Of a DNA stretch of 64,000 nucleotides, positions 1-8,129 are shown one piece after another (the first letter of the stretch is position 1; each line of letters opens with the position of its first letter). A program made the translations under genes and the position numbers. Location: the NCBI GenBank assembly GCA_051870255.1, contig JBJEBR010000064.1:15642-79641 (forward strand). The letters are read 5' to 3'. The notes beneath the pieces were generated by a model that saw only the letters and a program-made list of their open reading frames with translations, had not been told where the DNA came from and did not search any database. This DNA is from Candidatus Cryptobacteroides sp. GTDB lineage: Bacteria; Bacteroidota; Bacteroidia; Bacteroidales; UBA932.

Positions 1-123
1 GTCAAATCCATCACGGGAGGCACGGAGATGATAGCCGACCTGAGGAAGCGGACTGCAAACCTCCAGCTCATGTTCTCCGTGATGCTGGCACTCTCCCTGT
101 TTTTGGCAGGACTATCCAACTGA
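1..123 (+). CDS. 3' end of a membrane protein (partial), possibly MenA-type prenyltransferase
   Basis: Frame 1 reads VKSITGGTEMIADLRKRTANLQLMFSVMLALSLFLAGLSN-stop, ending in a hydrophobic helix reminiscent of MenA C-termini. Only 40 codons are visible. Confidence 0.4.
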   Translation, partial: VKSITGGTEMIADLRKRTANLQLMFSVMLALSLFLAGLSN

Positions 124-142
124 TGACAGGTCTATGAAAACG

Positions 143-174
143 AAAAAGCCATCGGGAATCCCGATGGCTTTTTT
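143..174. terminator. Bidirectional intrinsic terminator between the partial CDS and tsf
   Basis: aaaaagccatcggg-aat-cccgatggcttttt: 14-bp stem with A/T tracts on both sides, between convergent genes. Confidence 0.9.
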
Positions 175-191
175 CTTTCTTGTCTGACAAA

Positions 192-1187
192 TTAGTCAGC
201 GAGTGATATCCTCTTGAATGAGAGCACTTTGGCTTCCTTGTCAGCTGACTTGATGACATCCTTGACAGGAGTCTTGCCATCGAGCATCTGGTAGCCCTGC
301 TCCTCAAGGGTCTGCTCCTTGAAGAATTTCTGGAGACGGCCTTTTGCGATATTCGCAACCATCTGCTCTGGAAGGTTTGCAGCCTTCTCCTCTGAAACGG
401 TCTTGATTATCTCGCGAGCCTGCTGTGCCTGCTCAGGAGTGAGCCATCCTTTGGCAGTGTTGGACTCGATGTGAGCCTCGCTGTCAACATGTGCCGGGTT
501 GATACCGGCCTTGGTGAGAGCTGCATCGACAGCTTTCTTCACAAGCTCTTCCTTGGTCTTCTCTGTTGCAGTCTTAAGCTCGTTGTCGATTACGTTCTGC
601 GGAACGACATCGGCTGAAACAGCCACAGGGTTCATGGATGCAACCTGCATAGCCACACCTTTGGCAACCTGCTCGTCGAAAGCCTTGTTGAAACCTACGA
701 TTGCTCCGAGCTTACCGTTGATCTTGTGGATGTATGCTGAGATATATGGAGCCTCAAGGGTCTCATAACCTACGATGACATGTTTCTCGCCAGTCTTTCC
801 GGTCTGCTCTGTAACGGCAGCCTCGACTGTCCTTCCGTCTGCGAGGACACAGGCTTTGAGAGCCTCGGCATCTGCAGGGAAACTGTTGATAGCGGTCTCT
901 GCGATAGCCTCTGCAAGAGCCTGGAATTCAGCGTTCTTTGACACGAAATCAGTCTCGCATCCAAGGCATACGAGGATTGCCTTGTTGCCGTTTACCTTGG
1001 CGATTACCGCACCCTCTGAAGTCTCGCGGTCAGCCCTCTTGGCTGCAACGAGCTTTCCTTTCTCGCGGATGATTGCCTTTGCACGCTCAAAATCACCTTC
1101 TGCCTCGACGAGGGCCTTCTTGCAGTCCATCATTCCGGCACCGGTCATCTGACGAAGTTTTGCAACTTCTGCTGCTTTGATTTCCAT
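192..1187 (-). CDS. tsf: Translation elongation factor Ts
   Basis: N-terminal VAKLRQMTGAGMMDCKKAL, ETDFV motif, directly downstream of rpsB. Confidence 0.98.
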   Translation of the reverse strand: MEIKAAEVAKLRQMTGAGMMDCKKALVEAEGDFERAKAIIREKGKLVAAKRADRETSEGAVIAKVNGNKAILVCLGCETDFVSKNAEFQALAEAIAETAINSFPADAEALKACVLADGRTVEAAVTEQTGKTGEKHVIVGYETLEAPYISAYIHKINGKLGAIVGFNKAFDEQVAKGVAMQVASMNPVAVSADVVPQNVIDNELKTATEKTKEELVKKAVDAALTKAGINPAHVDSEAHIESNTAKGWLTPEQAQQAREIIKTVSEEKAANLPEQMVANIAKGRLQKFFKEQTLEEQGYQMLDGKTPVKDVIKSADKEAKVLSFKRISLAD

Positions 1188-1223
1188 TTCGAAATTAGAT
1201 TAAAAGATTAGTACTTCAGATGG

Positions 1224-2072
1224 TTACTCGGCAGCAGCCTCTGCTGCAGGTTCCTCAGCGGCAACCGGAGCCTCCTCTGCTGCAGGAGCCTCGGCCTCCT
1301 CAGCCTTGGCACCCTTGCGGGCACGGAGCTTCTTGCCTGCAGGCTTTTCCTCTACCTGCTCAGGAGCCTCTTTTTCCTTCTCGAGCTTCCTCTCTTCCAG
1401 TCCCTCCTTGATTGCGCCGCAAAGTGCATCCATGATGTATGAGATGGACTTGGTGGCATCGTCGTTAGCCGGAATCACATAATCGATCGGAGTAGGATCG
1501 CAACAAGTATCAACCATGGCGATAACCGGGATGTTAAGACGATTTGCCTCCTTAACGGCATTCATCTCCTTCTGGACATCAACGATGAACAGTGCGGAAG
1601 GGAGACGGCTGAGGTCCCTGATGGAACCGAGGTTCTTCTCCAATTTGGCTCTCTGACGGGTGATCTGGAGACGCTCACGCTTTGCGAGAGTGTCGAAAGT
1701 ACCGTCCTCAATCATCTTGTCGATGGTATTCATTTTCTTGACAGCCTTGCGGATGGTCGGGAAGTTGGTAAGCATTCCGCCCGGCCAGCGCTCTGTCACA
1801 TAAGGCATGTTGACTGATGCAGCCTTCTCTGCTACAATCTCTTTTGCCTGTTTCTTCGTGGCTACGAAAAGCACCTTGCGGCCTGAACGCGCAAGCTGCT
1901 TCAACACATTTGCAGCCTCGTCAATCTTGACTATACTTTTATGCAGGTCGATGATATGGATCCCGTTTTTCTGGTCGAAGATATAAGGGGCCATCTTAGG
2001 ATTCCATTTTCTCGCCAAGTGTCCGAAGTGAACACCTGCATCAAGCAATTCCTGGAAATTTGTTCTTGGCAT
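1224..2072 (-). CDS. rpsB: 30S ribosomal protein S2
   Basis: LLDAGVHFGH...WNPKM, RWPGGMLTNF, DTCCDP..DYVIPANDDA; acidic Ala-rich tail. Confidence 0.99.
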   Translation of the reverse strand: MPRTNFQELLDAGVHFGHLARKWNPKMAPYIFDQKNGIHIIDLHKSIVKIDEAANVLKQLARSGRKVLFVATKKQAKEIVAEKAASVNMPYVTERWPGGMLTNFPTIRKAVKKMNTIDKMIEDGTFDTLAKRERLQITRQRAKLEKNLGSIRDLSRLPSALFIVDVQKEMNAVKEANRLNIPVIAMVDTCCDPTPIDYVIPANDDATKSISYIMDALCGAIKEGLEERKLEKEKEAPEQVEEKPAGKKLRARKGAKAEEAEAPAAEEAPVAAEEPAAEAAAE

Positions 2073-2089
2073 TGTTTTGTTTGTTTGTT

Positions 2090-2280
2090 GGTTTTTAATT
2101 TCCCGTCAGGCTATTGCCTTTGCCTGAAGGGCTGTTTCCGTCAATCCGGAGTAGCGGCCTGGCCGGTCTCCGAGATTTTTCGCAGCCTCAGCAATCATCG
2201 GGCAGCTCCGGAAGATTCGCATCTTCAAGAAGGTCTCGTGATTTGGAACCGGACTGCAATAATGTAAATCAGACTGTAAC
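2090..2280 (-). promoter_or_regulatory. Structured rpsB leader (probable S2 autoregulatory element)
   Basis: ~210-nt rpsI-rpsB spacer. Minus-strand stems: GAAGAT-GCGA-ATCTTC (GNRA loop), TCAGGC..GCCTGA, and long-range CAGTCCGG/CCGGATTG. rpsB leaders are known autoregulatory RNAs. Confidence 0.55.
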
Positions 2281-2282
2281 GA

Positions 2283-2672
2283 TTAACGTTTACTGAACTG
2301 GAAGCGTCTGCGTGCACCAGGCTGACCAGGTTTCTTCCTCTCGACTTCACGTGCGTCACGGGTGAGGAATCCTGCGGCCTTGAGGGCTGGACGATAAGCC
2401 TCTTTGTCCACCTCGCAAAGTGCGCGGGCGATACCGAGTCTCAAAGCCTCTGCCTGACCTTTGATTCCACCTCCGTCGAGGTTGGCCTTGACATCAAACT
2501 GAGCTGCCGTTCCTGTTACCTCGAAAGGCTGGTTGACAATGTAACGGAGGGTGTCCTCTTTGAAATAGTCATTGAGCTCACGGCCGTTGACAGTGATGTC
2601 ACCTTTTCCAGGCACGACATAAACGCGAGCAACTGCTGATTTACGTCTTCCAAGGGCGTTTACTTGTTTCAT
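2283..2672 (-). CDS. rpsI: 30S ribosomal protein S9
   Basis: [39 protein letters not shown]. Confidence 0.99.
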   Translation of the reverse strand: MKQVNALGRRKSAVARVYVVPGKGDITVNGRELNDYFKEDTLRYIVNQPFEVTGTAAQFDVKANLDGGGIKGQAEALRLGIARALCEVDKEAYRPALKAAGFLTRDAREVERKKPGQPGARRRFQFSKR

Positions 2673-2679
2673 GCTCTGC

Positions 2680-3132
2680 TTAAATTTCGTTTAAAGTAAT
2701 GGTTTTAGGATTCTGTGCCTGATGCGGATGCTCGTTGCCTGTGTAAAGGTACAGGTTGTTGATGAGCTTTGCACCAAGACGGTTTTTAGGAAGCATGCCT
2801 TTGACAGCCATCCTTACGAGTTCGGTAGGTTTCTTTGCAAGAATCTCCTTAGGAGTGGTGAAGCGCTGTCCGCCCGGATAGCCGGTGTGGCGCACATACA
2901 CCCTGTCAGTCATTTTGTTTCCAGTGAGTCTTACCTTGTCCGCATTGAGGATGATGACATTGTCACCACAGTCCATGTGCGGAGTGAAAGACGGCTTGTT
3001 CTTACCGCGGAGGATAAGGGCAACCCTGGAAGCAAGACGACCGAGAACGAGGTCCGTTGCATCGATCACAACCCACTCTTTCTTGATATCCCCAGCTTTG
3101 AGGGATACCGTTTTGTAGCTTTGTGTGTCCAT
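2680..3132 (-). CDS. rplM: 50S ribosomal protein L13
   Basis: [34 protein letters not shown]. Confidence 0.99.
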   Translation of the reverse strand: MDTQSYKTVSLKAGDIKKEWVVIDATDLVLGRLASRVALILRGKNKPSFTPHMDCGDNVIILNADKVRLTGNKMTDRVYVRHTGYPGGQRFTTPKEILAKKPTELVRMAVKGMLPKNRLGAKLINNLYLYTGNEHPHQAQNPKTITLNEI

Positions 3133-3195
3133 CTTGTTCTTTTAAATGGTTAATACTTAAATTTTTAATGCGATCCCTACTCTACATAGGGGGCG

Positions 3196-3227
3196 CAAAG
3201 ATAGGAATAATTTTTCTTTTTGGCAAA
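3196..3227 (-). promoter_or_regulatory. Bacteroidetes housekeeping promoter for rplM-rpsI-rpsB-tsf
   Basis: Minus-strand TATCTTTG (-7 element) at 3196-3203, with TTTG (-33 element) at 3224-3227. Confidence 0.75.
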
Positions 3228-3245
3228 TTTTCCCGAAAACAACCA

Positions 3246-3806
3246 TCATTGAACATTCAGGATTTCCAGGTCTGAAGGCACTAGTTCCCTTCCGTAGGCA
3301 AGCTTCAAGTAATCTCCAAATACATTTTCTGAGTTATCCTGCATCGACTTCAGGTAGTATGCGCTATATGCCTTCTTCATCTGGTCCACAGTGGAGACCT
3401 CCGCTTCGAATCCGTCAGAGACAGACTGCAGACCGTCCAGGAACTCCTTTATATTACCGTTAAGTGGCGTCCCGCCGATGAAAATGTATTCATCTATTTT
3501 CACCCTCACCTTGCCCGGCTCGAGGGCAGCAGGAAGAAACATCCTGTCTGCAGGGGAATCCGGATTGCGGAATTCAATCACCACCATCTGAGGCATCTCC
3601 TGTACTTTGTCATATATGAAGCGGAATCCACCGTCGGAAGCACGGGCAGTGCTGTCTATCACGGAGCCGGCAATATCTACCATATATATATCTTCATATT
3701 GTGGATAAAGGACATAACCCTCTATAACACACGCATCTTTCGGCGTACATGAAAGGAAACAGACAAGGGCAGCGGCAAAGGCTGCCAAGGAAAGTTTAAT
3801 TTGCAT
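3246..3806 (-). CDS. DUF4369-like lipoprotein
   Basis: Lipobox FLSC; IEG...DSTA...GGFRF...LEPGKVRV...GGTPLN pattern typical of DUF4369 / redoxin N-terminal domains. Confidence 0.65.
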   Translation of the reverse strand: MQIKLSLAAFAAALVCFLSCTPKDACVIEGYVLYPQYEDIYMVDIAGSVIDSTARASDGGFRFIYDKVQEMPQMVVIEFRNPDSPADRMFLPAALEPGKVRVKIDEYIFIGGTPLNGNIKEFLDGLQSVSDGFEAEVSTVDQMKKAYSAYYLKSMQDNSENVFGDYLKLAYGRELVPSDLEILNVQ

Positions 3807-3831
3807 ATATCTCCAATTATCAAAACATAAA

Positions 3832-3867
3832 AAGGGTGACTAAGAAGCGAGCCTTTTAGTCACCCTT
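3832..3867. terminator. GGGTGACTAA-family hairpin (terminator-like)
   Basis: aagggtgactaa-N12-ttagtcaccctt, downstream of the beta-barrel gene; the same stem occurs at 18960. Confidence 0.7.
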
Positions 3868-3888
3868 GTCAATCATTCATTTACTGCA

Positions 3889-4734
3889 TCAGAACCTGAA
3901 ACCGAGTTTCAATACAGGTGTATCGAATACTCTCACGCTCTGGTGGGATGCCGTATAGACATCGAAGCCGCGCGGAGCCATCTGGATGATGTCATAGCGG
4001 TATGATGCAGGATGGAACTCGAAACCGAGGACCAGTCCCGGACATACGCTGTACTCTATTCCGGCCACCAGCGACGCCTTGCCGCAGAGGACCTGTCCGA
4101 TATTTGTTCCGGAAGAATAGAGATGGAGATCATCACCCTCGGCATTCTCACCGATGTATGGTTCCACGGTCACGAGCCTTGCCATCTGATAAGTCAGGGC
4201 AAGACCGACGAACGGATGGATTCTCGGGTTGCGCAGGTTGAAATAACGGTTGGTTCCCAATGTAACATACCAGTTGTGGGTGCTCTGGGCGTTGATGTAC
4301 TGCTGCTCCGGAATTATCATGTCCGGGGTAGTGTAGTCGCCCTCGACATATGACTTGGACGGTGTTATGTCGATATTGACGCCGAAGGAGGCGTTGAGCT
4401 CCCAATGGTCGGAGACAAAGACCTTGGTCTGGAGACCCACTATACTGAAATTCTGGTTGTTGAACCCTCCGATGTTGAGATATGAACTCATATCGCCTGA
4501 TGCATCGGTGCCTCCGTTGGGGAGTCCTACCGACCCGGCGGTATTGGAAACCGACGGAACTAGGTATGAATTCAGATTCTCATTGAAGAACCCGCTGTAA
4601 CCAGCCATCACAGAAACCTGCCACTGACCCTTGCGGGGAGTGTAGTCCGCATCCGTCGCCGTGCCCTTTGGCTGTGCCATCACAGGCACAGCCACAAGAG
4701 CCGTCAACAAGATTGTGCAAAGTTTCCTGATCAT
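3889..4734 (-). CDS. Outer-membrane beta-barrel protein, BT1926-like
   Basis: Sec signal (PVMA/Q), TPRKGQWQVSV N-terminal motif, amphipathic strands, C-terminal KLGFRF; directly downstream of the large coiled-coil lipoprotein. Confidence 0.75.
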   Translation of the reverse strand: MIRKLCTILLTALVAVPVMAQPKGTATDADYTPRKGQWQVSVMAGYSGFFNENLNSYLVPSVSNTAGSVGLPNGGTDASGDMSSYLNIGGFNNQNFSIVGLQTKVFVSDHWELNASFGVNIDITPSKSYVEGDYTTPDMIIPEQQYINAQSTHNWYVTLGTNRYFNLRNPRIHPFVGLALTYQMARLVTVEPYIGENAEGDDLHLYSSGTNIGQVLCGKASLVAGIEYSVCPGLVLGFEFHPASYRYDIIQMAPRGFDVYTASHQSVRVFDTPVLKLGFRF

Positions 4735-4759
4735 TGCGATTGTTTTATCTTGTTATCAA

Positions 4760-7700
4760 TTACGCAGCAGGAGTCTCTGCAGTTGATTCACCTATGCGGG
4801 CAATTGCAGCCTCAAGCTCTGCTGCAGCTTCCTCGAGAGCCTTGAGAGCATCTGCAAGTTCTGCGGCGATCTTGTCGTATTGCTTCTGTGCAGCCTCTAC
4901 AGGTGTGGTATCACCGGCCAATACGGCTGCCAGTGCATCCTGAGCATCTTCGAGATCATACTCGGCGTCCTGAACATTATCAAGTGCCTGCTCATAAACA
5001 GTCTCAAGACTTGCTACAAATGCTTCAACGTCTGAGGAACCGATATACAGTTCTATCATTTCAGTCAGATAGGTAACCATCTTGTCAATCTCATTGAGTT
5101 CTGCATAATATGCATCCTGCTCGGCAACCATTTCATCCCAAGCCTCAGATATTTCAGCCCAGTTCTCCTCGACATATGTGCGGAGGGCGTCAATCTCAGC
5201 AGTCTTGGCCTCTACGAATGCCACGAACTCAGCCTTGGCAGCCTCAAGAGCGCGGATGAAGTCAGGAAGAAGAGCGAGGTCGGCTTTCTTGGCTTCAAGT
5301 TTGGCTATTTCATTCAGACAATCATATTTCTGAGCATACGACGCACTGGTATATAGTATTGTATAACTGTTACGCGGTTCATATCCTAACGAATAAACCT
5401 GATTGCAAATATCGGTCAATGCTTGTTCTTTGCAGGTCTCTATCCAAGCAGCATATTCTTCACCGGAAGGAAGGACGAGCGGCATAGTCTCACCATAATT
5501 ATAATAGTACCAATCAGACAGACTACCAAGATAATTTCCCTCATTATCATATGCATAGGCTCTAGCATACACATTGATGCTAACAAGAGCACCTGCAAGA
5601 TCCGCTACTTTAGTCTCAAGGAAATACTCTGCATCGAACAGATCGGCAGACTTGATGGTTTTCAGGGTCTGTGTCTCTTCATCTACCAGATAATCAGGAG
5701 CCGAACCAGACCATGTACCATTTCCATAAGGATAGATAATCTCAGCGTCAGTTGTTGCAAGGCAGACATATGTATTAAGAGCAGAGATACTGTTGAACAG
5801 GGTATATTGAGCTTCGTAGAATTTATCGTTCACAGAGTACCAATAGGCATCATCAACAGGATATGTTGCAGAAACATTAAGATCTTCCAAAGCATCCTCC
5901 CGCTTCTGAACTGCAGCGGATACTGCAGCATTGTATGTTTCGTCAGCTATATTTTTTGCCTCACTATATGTATTTTGGGCTTTGGTCCATGCATCGTCGG
6001 CGGCAGTCCATGCATCTTTAGCGGCATCCATTGCCTTCTGTGCAGGAGAAAGTTGTTCAAGAGCGGCCTTGTTCTTCTGATAAGCCTCGGTATCTGAAGC
6101 AGTCGGATCTGCGAGTGCCTCATAAGCAGCGATTGCTGCTTCAAGATCAGCAACTGTCGAGTATCCGGTAGAAGTATAGACGGCGTCAACAACAGCGTTA
6201 TAAGTCCTTTGCGCTCTTTGATGTGCCAAGTCTGCCTTCTTGTACTCAATCTCTGCCGCTGAACGAACATCCCGAGCATCCTGATAGGCCTTTACCTTTG
6301 CAGCGTAGGCAGCATTCACTGTGGCGTTATACTCCTCCCAAATGGCAGCCTCCTCATCATCATGGCCTTCAGGGTATTTTTTCTTATAAACTTCATTGTA
6401 AGTCTCGAGAGCGCTCAAGAAATCGGCAAGTGCGGCATTGTACTCGGCAACAGGAGTATCTACGTCCCAATTCTCATCCATTGCCTTGTAATAAGCGGTG
6501 ACATCGCCTGACTTATATGCAGCTACCGCAGCATCGTATTCTGCAAGCTCTGCCTCGGCAGACTCTTCAATGGCAGCTATCGTCGAATTGACCATCTCAA
6601 TCTGGGTGTCAAAGTAAGTTTCAGAGAGAGAACCAAGGCCCTCGATACGAGCGTCAAAAATAGCATAGGCATCATCCTCGTGCCCATATTGGAAATATAT
6701 GCCATTCTCATAACAGAAATCACCAGCGAAGAGTTTATTGCCATCGGCATCAACTGGGGCTTCAACATAGATCCTGTCAGAATAGTATTTAGTGCCATAG
6801 TAAGAATCCTGAGGTAAGAGCGAGAATAGGCCAGTGTTACGATTGAAAGTGTAGCCAGTAGCCAGCTCGTATTCCTCAATTGCAGCATTCAATTCAGCAG
6901 TAGCATCATCGAGCTCTTCAACGGCAGCACTTTCTTCATAAGATGCTTCTGCTTTTGCCTTCTCCAAAGTCTCTTTCAGAGCTTTGAGTTCATCTCTCTT
7001 CGCTGCCCAGTCTGTGACCTTAGGGTCGAGTTCCAGAGCAGCCTTTGCCTCTTCAGCAGCTTCCTGTGCTCCGGCAAGCCTCTTCTGCGCAAGGGCTACG
7101 GCCTTCTCTGCATTACGGATTGCCTGCTTGTCGGCCTTCTGTGCATCAAGGGTGGCGATAGCGGCAGCAAGATTATCAGCGGCCTGCTCCAGCCGGCTGT
7201 TAAGGTCATCCACATCTGCTTCAGCCAACATGACATTCAAATAATACTCAGCAAGATATGCCTGCTGGTTCGGAGTCAAAGAAACCTTGGCAAGAGCCAG
7301 GTCTTTGAGAGCAACTTCATACTTGGCCTGTGCTTCAAGAAGTTTTACCTGAATCTGCTGGAGTTCAAGCTCAAGTTCTGCTGCAGCTTTCTTTGCTGCG
7401 TTCTCGGCCTGTGCAAGCAACTGGGCACTCTCTGCCAAGTATCTTTCGAGCTCGGCAACTCTCATATTGTGCTCATCTTCCTGCTCCTTGGCATAGGCTT
7501 CATTCACAAGTTTCTGGTACTCAGCCTGATACTGAGCCTGAAGAGCCAACGCTTCCTGATAGGCAACCTCTGCCTCCACCTGTTTCACTTTGGCTTCTTC
7601 AACCTTTGCCTGAGCAAGGATGAGAGCAGCCTCTGCCTCAACTTTTGCTGCCTGAGCTGCCTGGAGAGCTGTCTGTGCCCTCAGAAGGTCAGCTTTGGCT

Positions 7701-7810
7701 CCGCGTAGGTCGGAAATTCCAGCTGGTTCAAGGTTTTCGATACAGCCGGACAAAGAAAATACCCCTGCCGTCAAAATTGAGGCAAGAATAAGTTTTGACA
7801 TTTTTTTCAT
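4760..7810 (-). CDS. Large coiled-coil surface lipoprotein, BT1927-like S-layer family (1016 aa)
   Basis: Lipobox LSGC followed by IENLEPAGISDLRGAKADLLRA, resembling the N-terminus I recall for Bacteroides S-layer lipoproteins. Ala/Glu heptad-rich termini with a Tyr/Asn-rich centre; paired with a beta-barrel. Confidence 0.7.
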   Translation of the reverse strand: MKKMSKLILASILTAGVFSLSGCIENLEPAGISDLRGAKADLLRAQTALQAAQAAKVEAEAALILAQAKVEEAKVKQVEAEVAYQEALALQAQYQAEYQKLVNEAYAKEQEDEHNMRVAELERYLAESAQLLAQAENAAKKAAAELELELQQIQVKLLEAQAKYEVALKDLALAKVSLTPNQQAYLAEYYLNVMLAEADVDDLNSRLEQAADNLAAAIATLDAQKADKQAIRNAEKAVALAQKRLAGAQEAAEEAKAALELDPKVTDWAAKRDELKALKETLEKAKAEASYEESAAVEELDDATAELNAAIEEYELATGYTFNRNTGLFSLLPQDSYYGTKYYSDRIYVEAPVDADGNKLFAGDFCYENGIYFQYGHEDDAYAIFDARIEGLGSLSETYFDTQIEMVNSTIAAIEESAEAELAEYDAAVAAYKSGDVTAYYKAMDENWDVDTPVAEYNAALADFLSALETYNEVYKKKYPEGHDDEEAAIWEEYNATVNAAYAAKVKAYQDARDVRSAAEIEYKKADLAHQRAQRTYNAVVDAVYTSTGYSTVADLEAAIAAYEALADPTASDTEAYQKNKAALEQLSPAQKAMDAAKDAWTAADDAWTKAQNTYSEAKNIADETYNAAVSAAVQKREDALEDLNVSATYPVDDAYWYSVNDKFYEAQYTLFNSISALNTYVCLATTDAEIIYPYGNGTWSGSAPDYLVDEETQTLKTIKSADLFDAEYFLETKVADLAGALVSINVYARAYAYDNEGNYLGSLSDWYYYNYGETMPLVLPSGEEYAAWIETCKEQALTDICNQVYSLGYEPRNSYTILYTSASYAQKYDCLNEIAKLEAKKADLALLPDFIRALEAAKAEFVAFVEAKTAEIDALRTYVEENWAEISEAWDEMVAEQDAYYAELNEIDKMVTYLTEMIELYIGSSDVEAFVASLETVYEQALDNVQDAEYDLEDAQDALAAVLAGDTTPVEAAQKQYDKIAAELADALKALEEAAAELEAAIARIGESTAETPAA

Positions 7811-7936
7811 ACCGAAAAAAAATGACCTGCTTTGTTAATACTAACACGGGAGAGTTACAGGTCTTTACACCCCCCCCCATGCTGATTTATAAATAATTGA
7901 GTGGATTCAAAGCATCATTATGTCACACAACTGGCG

Positions 7937-7973
7937 CGAAGTTAAAAAATATTTTCTAAAAATGCATTTTTAG
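7937..7973 (-). promoter_or_regulatory. Putative promoter of the surface-layer operon with a palindromic operator
   Basis: Minus-strand TAACTTCG (-7 variant) at 7937-7944; perfect 18-bp palindrome ctaaaaatgcatttttag at 7956-7973 over the -33 region. Confidence 0.55.
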
Positions 7974-8039
7974 TTTCAATTTTCTCATACGAAGAAATAG
8001 GGTTGGCTGGGTGATTCCGCAGGTGGAGAACCAAAAGTC

Positions 8040-8081
8040 TGTCATGTCGAGCGAAACACGAAGTGCGTAGTCGAGATGACA
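8040..8081. repeat. REP-like palindromic element (TGTCAT..TCGAG family)
   Basis: tgtcatgtcgagcgaa...gtcgagatgaca with terminal inverted repeats TGTCAT/ATGACA; related copies elsewhere in the window. Confidence 0.75.
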
Positions 8082-8110
8082 TCAAAGGGGCTTTTAGTCA
8101 GCCCCTTTGA
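8082..8110. terminator. Intrinsic terminator downstream of malQ
   Basis: tcaaaggggct-tttagtc-agcccctttga, 11-bp stem. Confidence 0.8.
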
Positions 8111-8129
8111 AATTAGATCCGGGCCGGGA

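Noticed and set aside
430-620. ~55-aa insertion in EF-Ts
   Set aside because: From memory this ~330-aa form is normal for Bacteroidales.
7811-8080. Invertible promoter upstream of the S-layer-like gene
   Set aside because: The best flanking inverted repeat found was ~6 bp (aattga/tcaatt), and no recombinase is adjacent.
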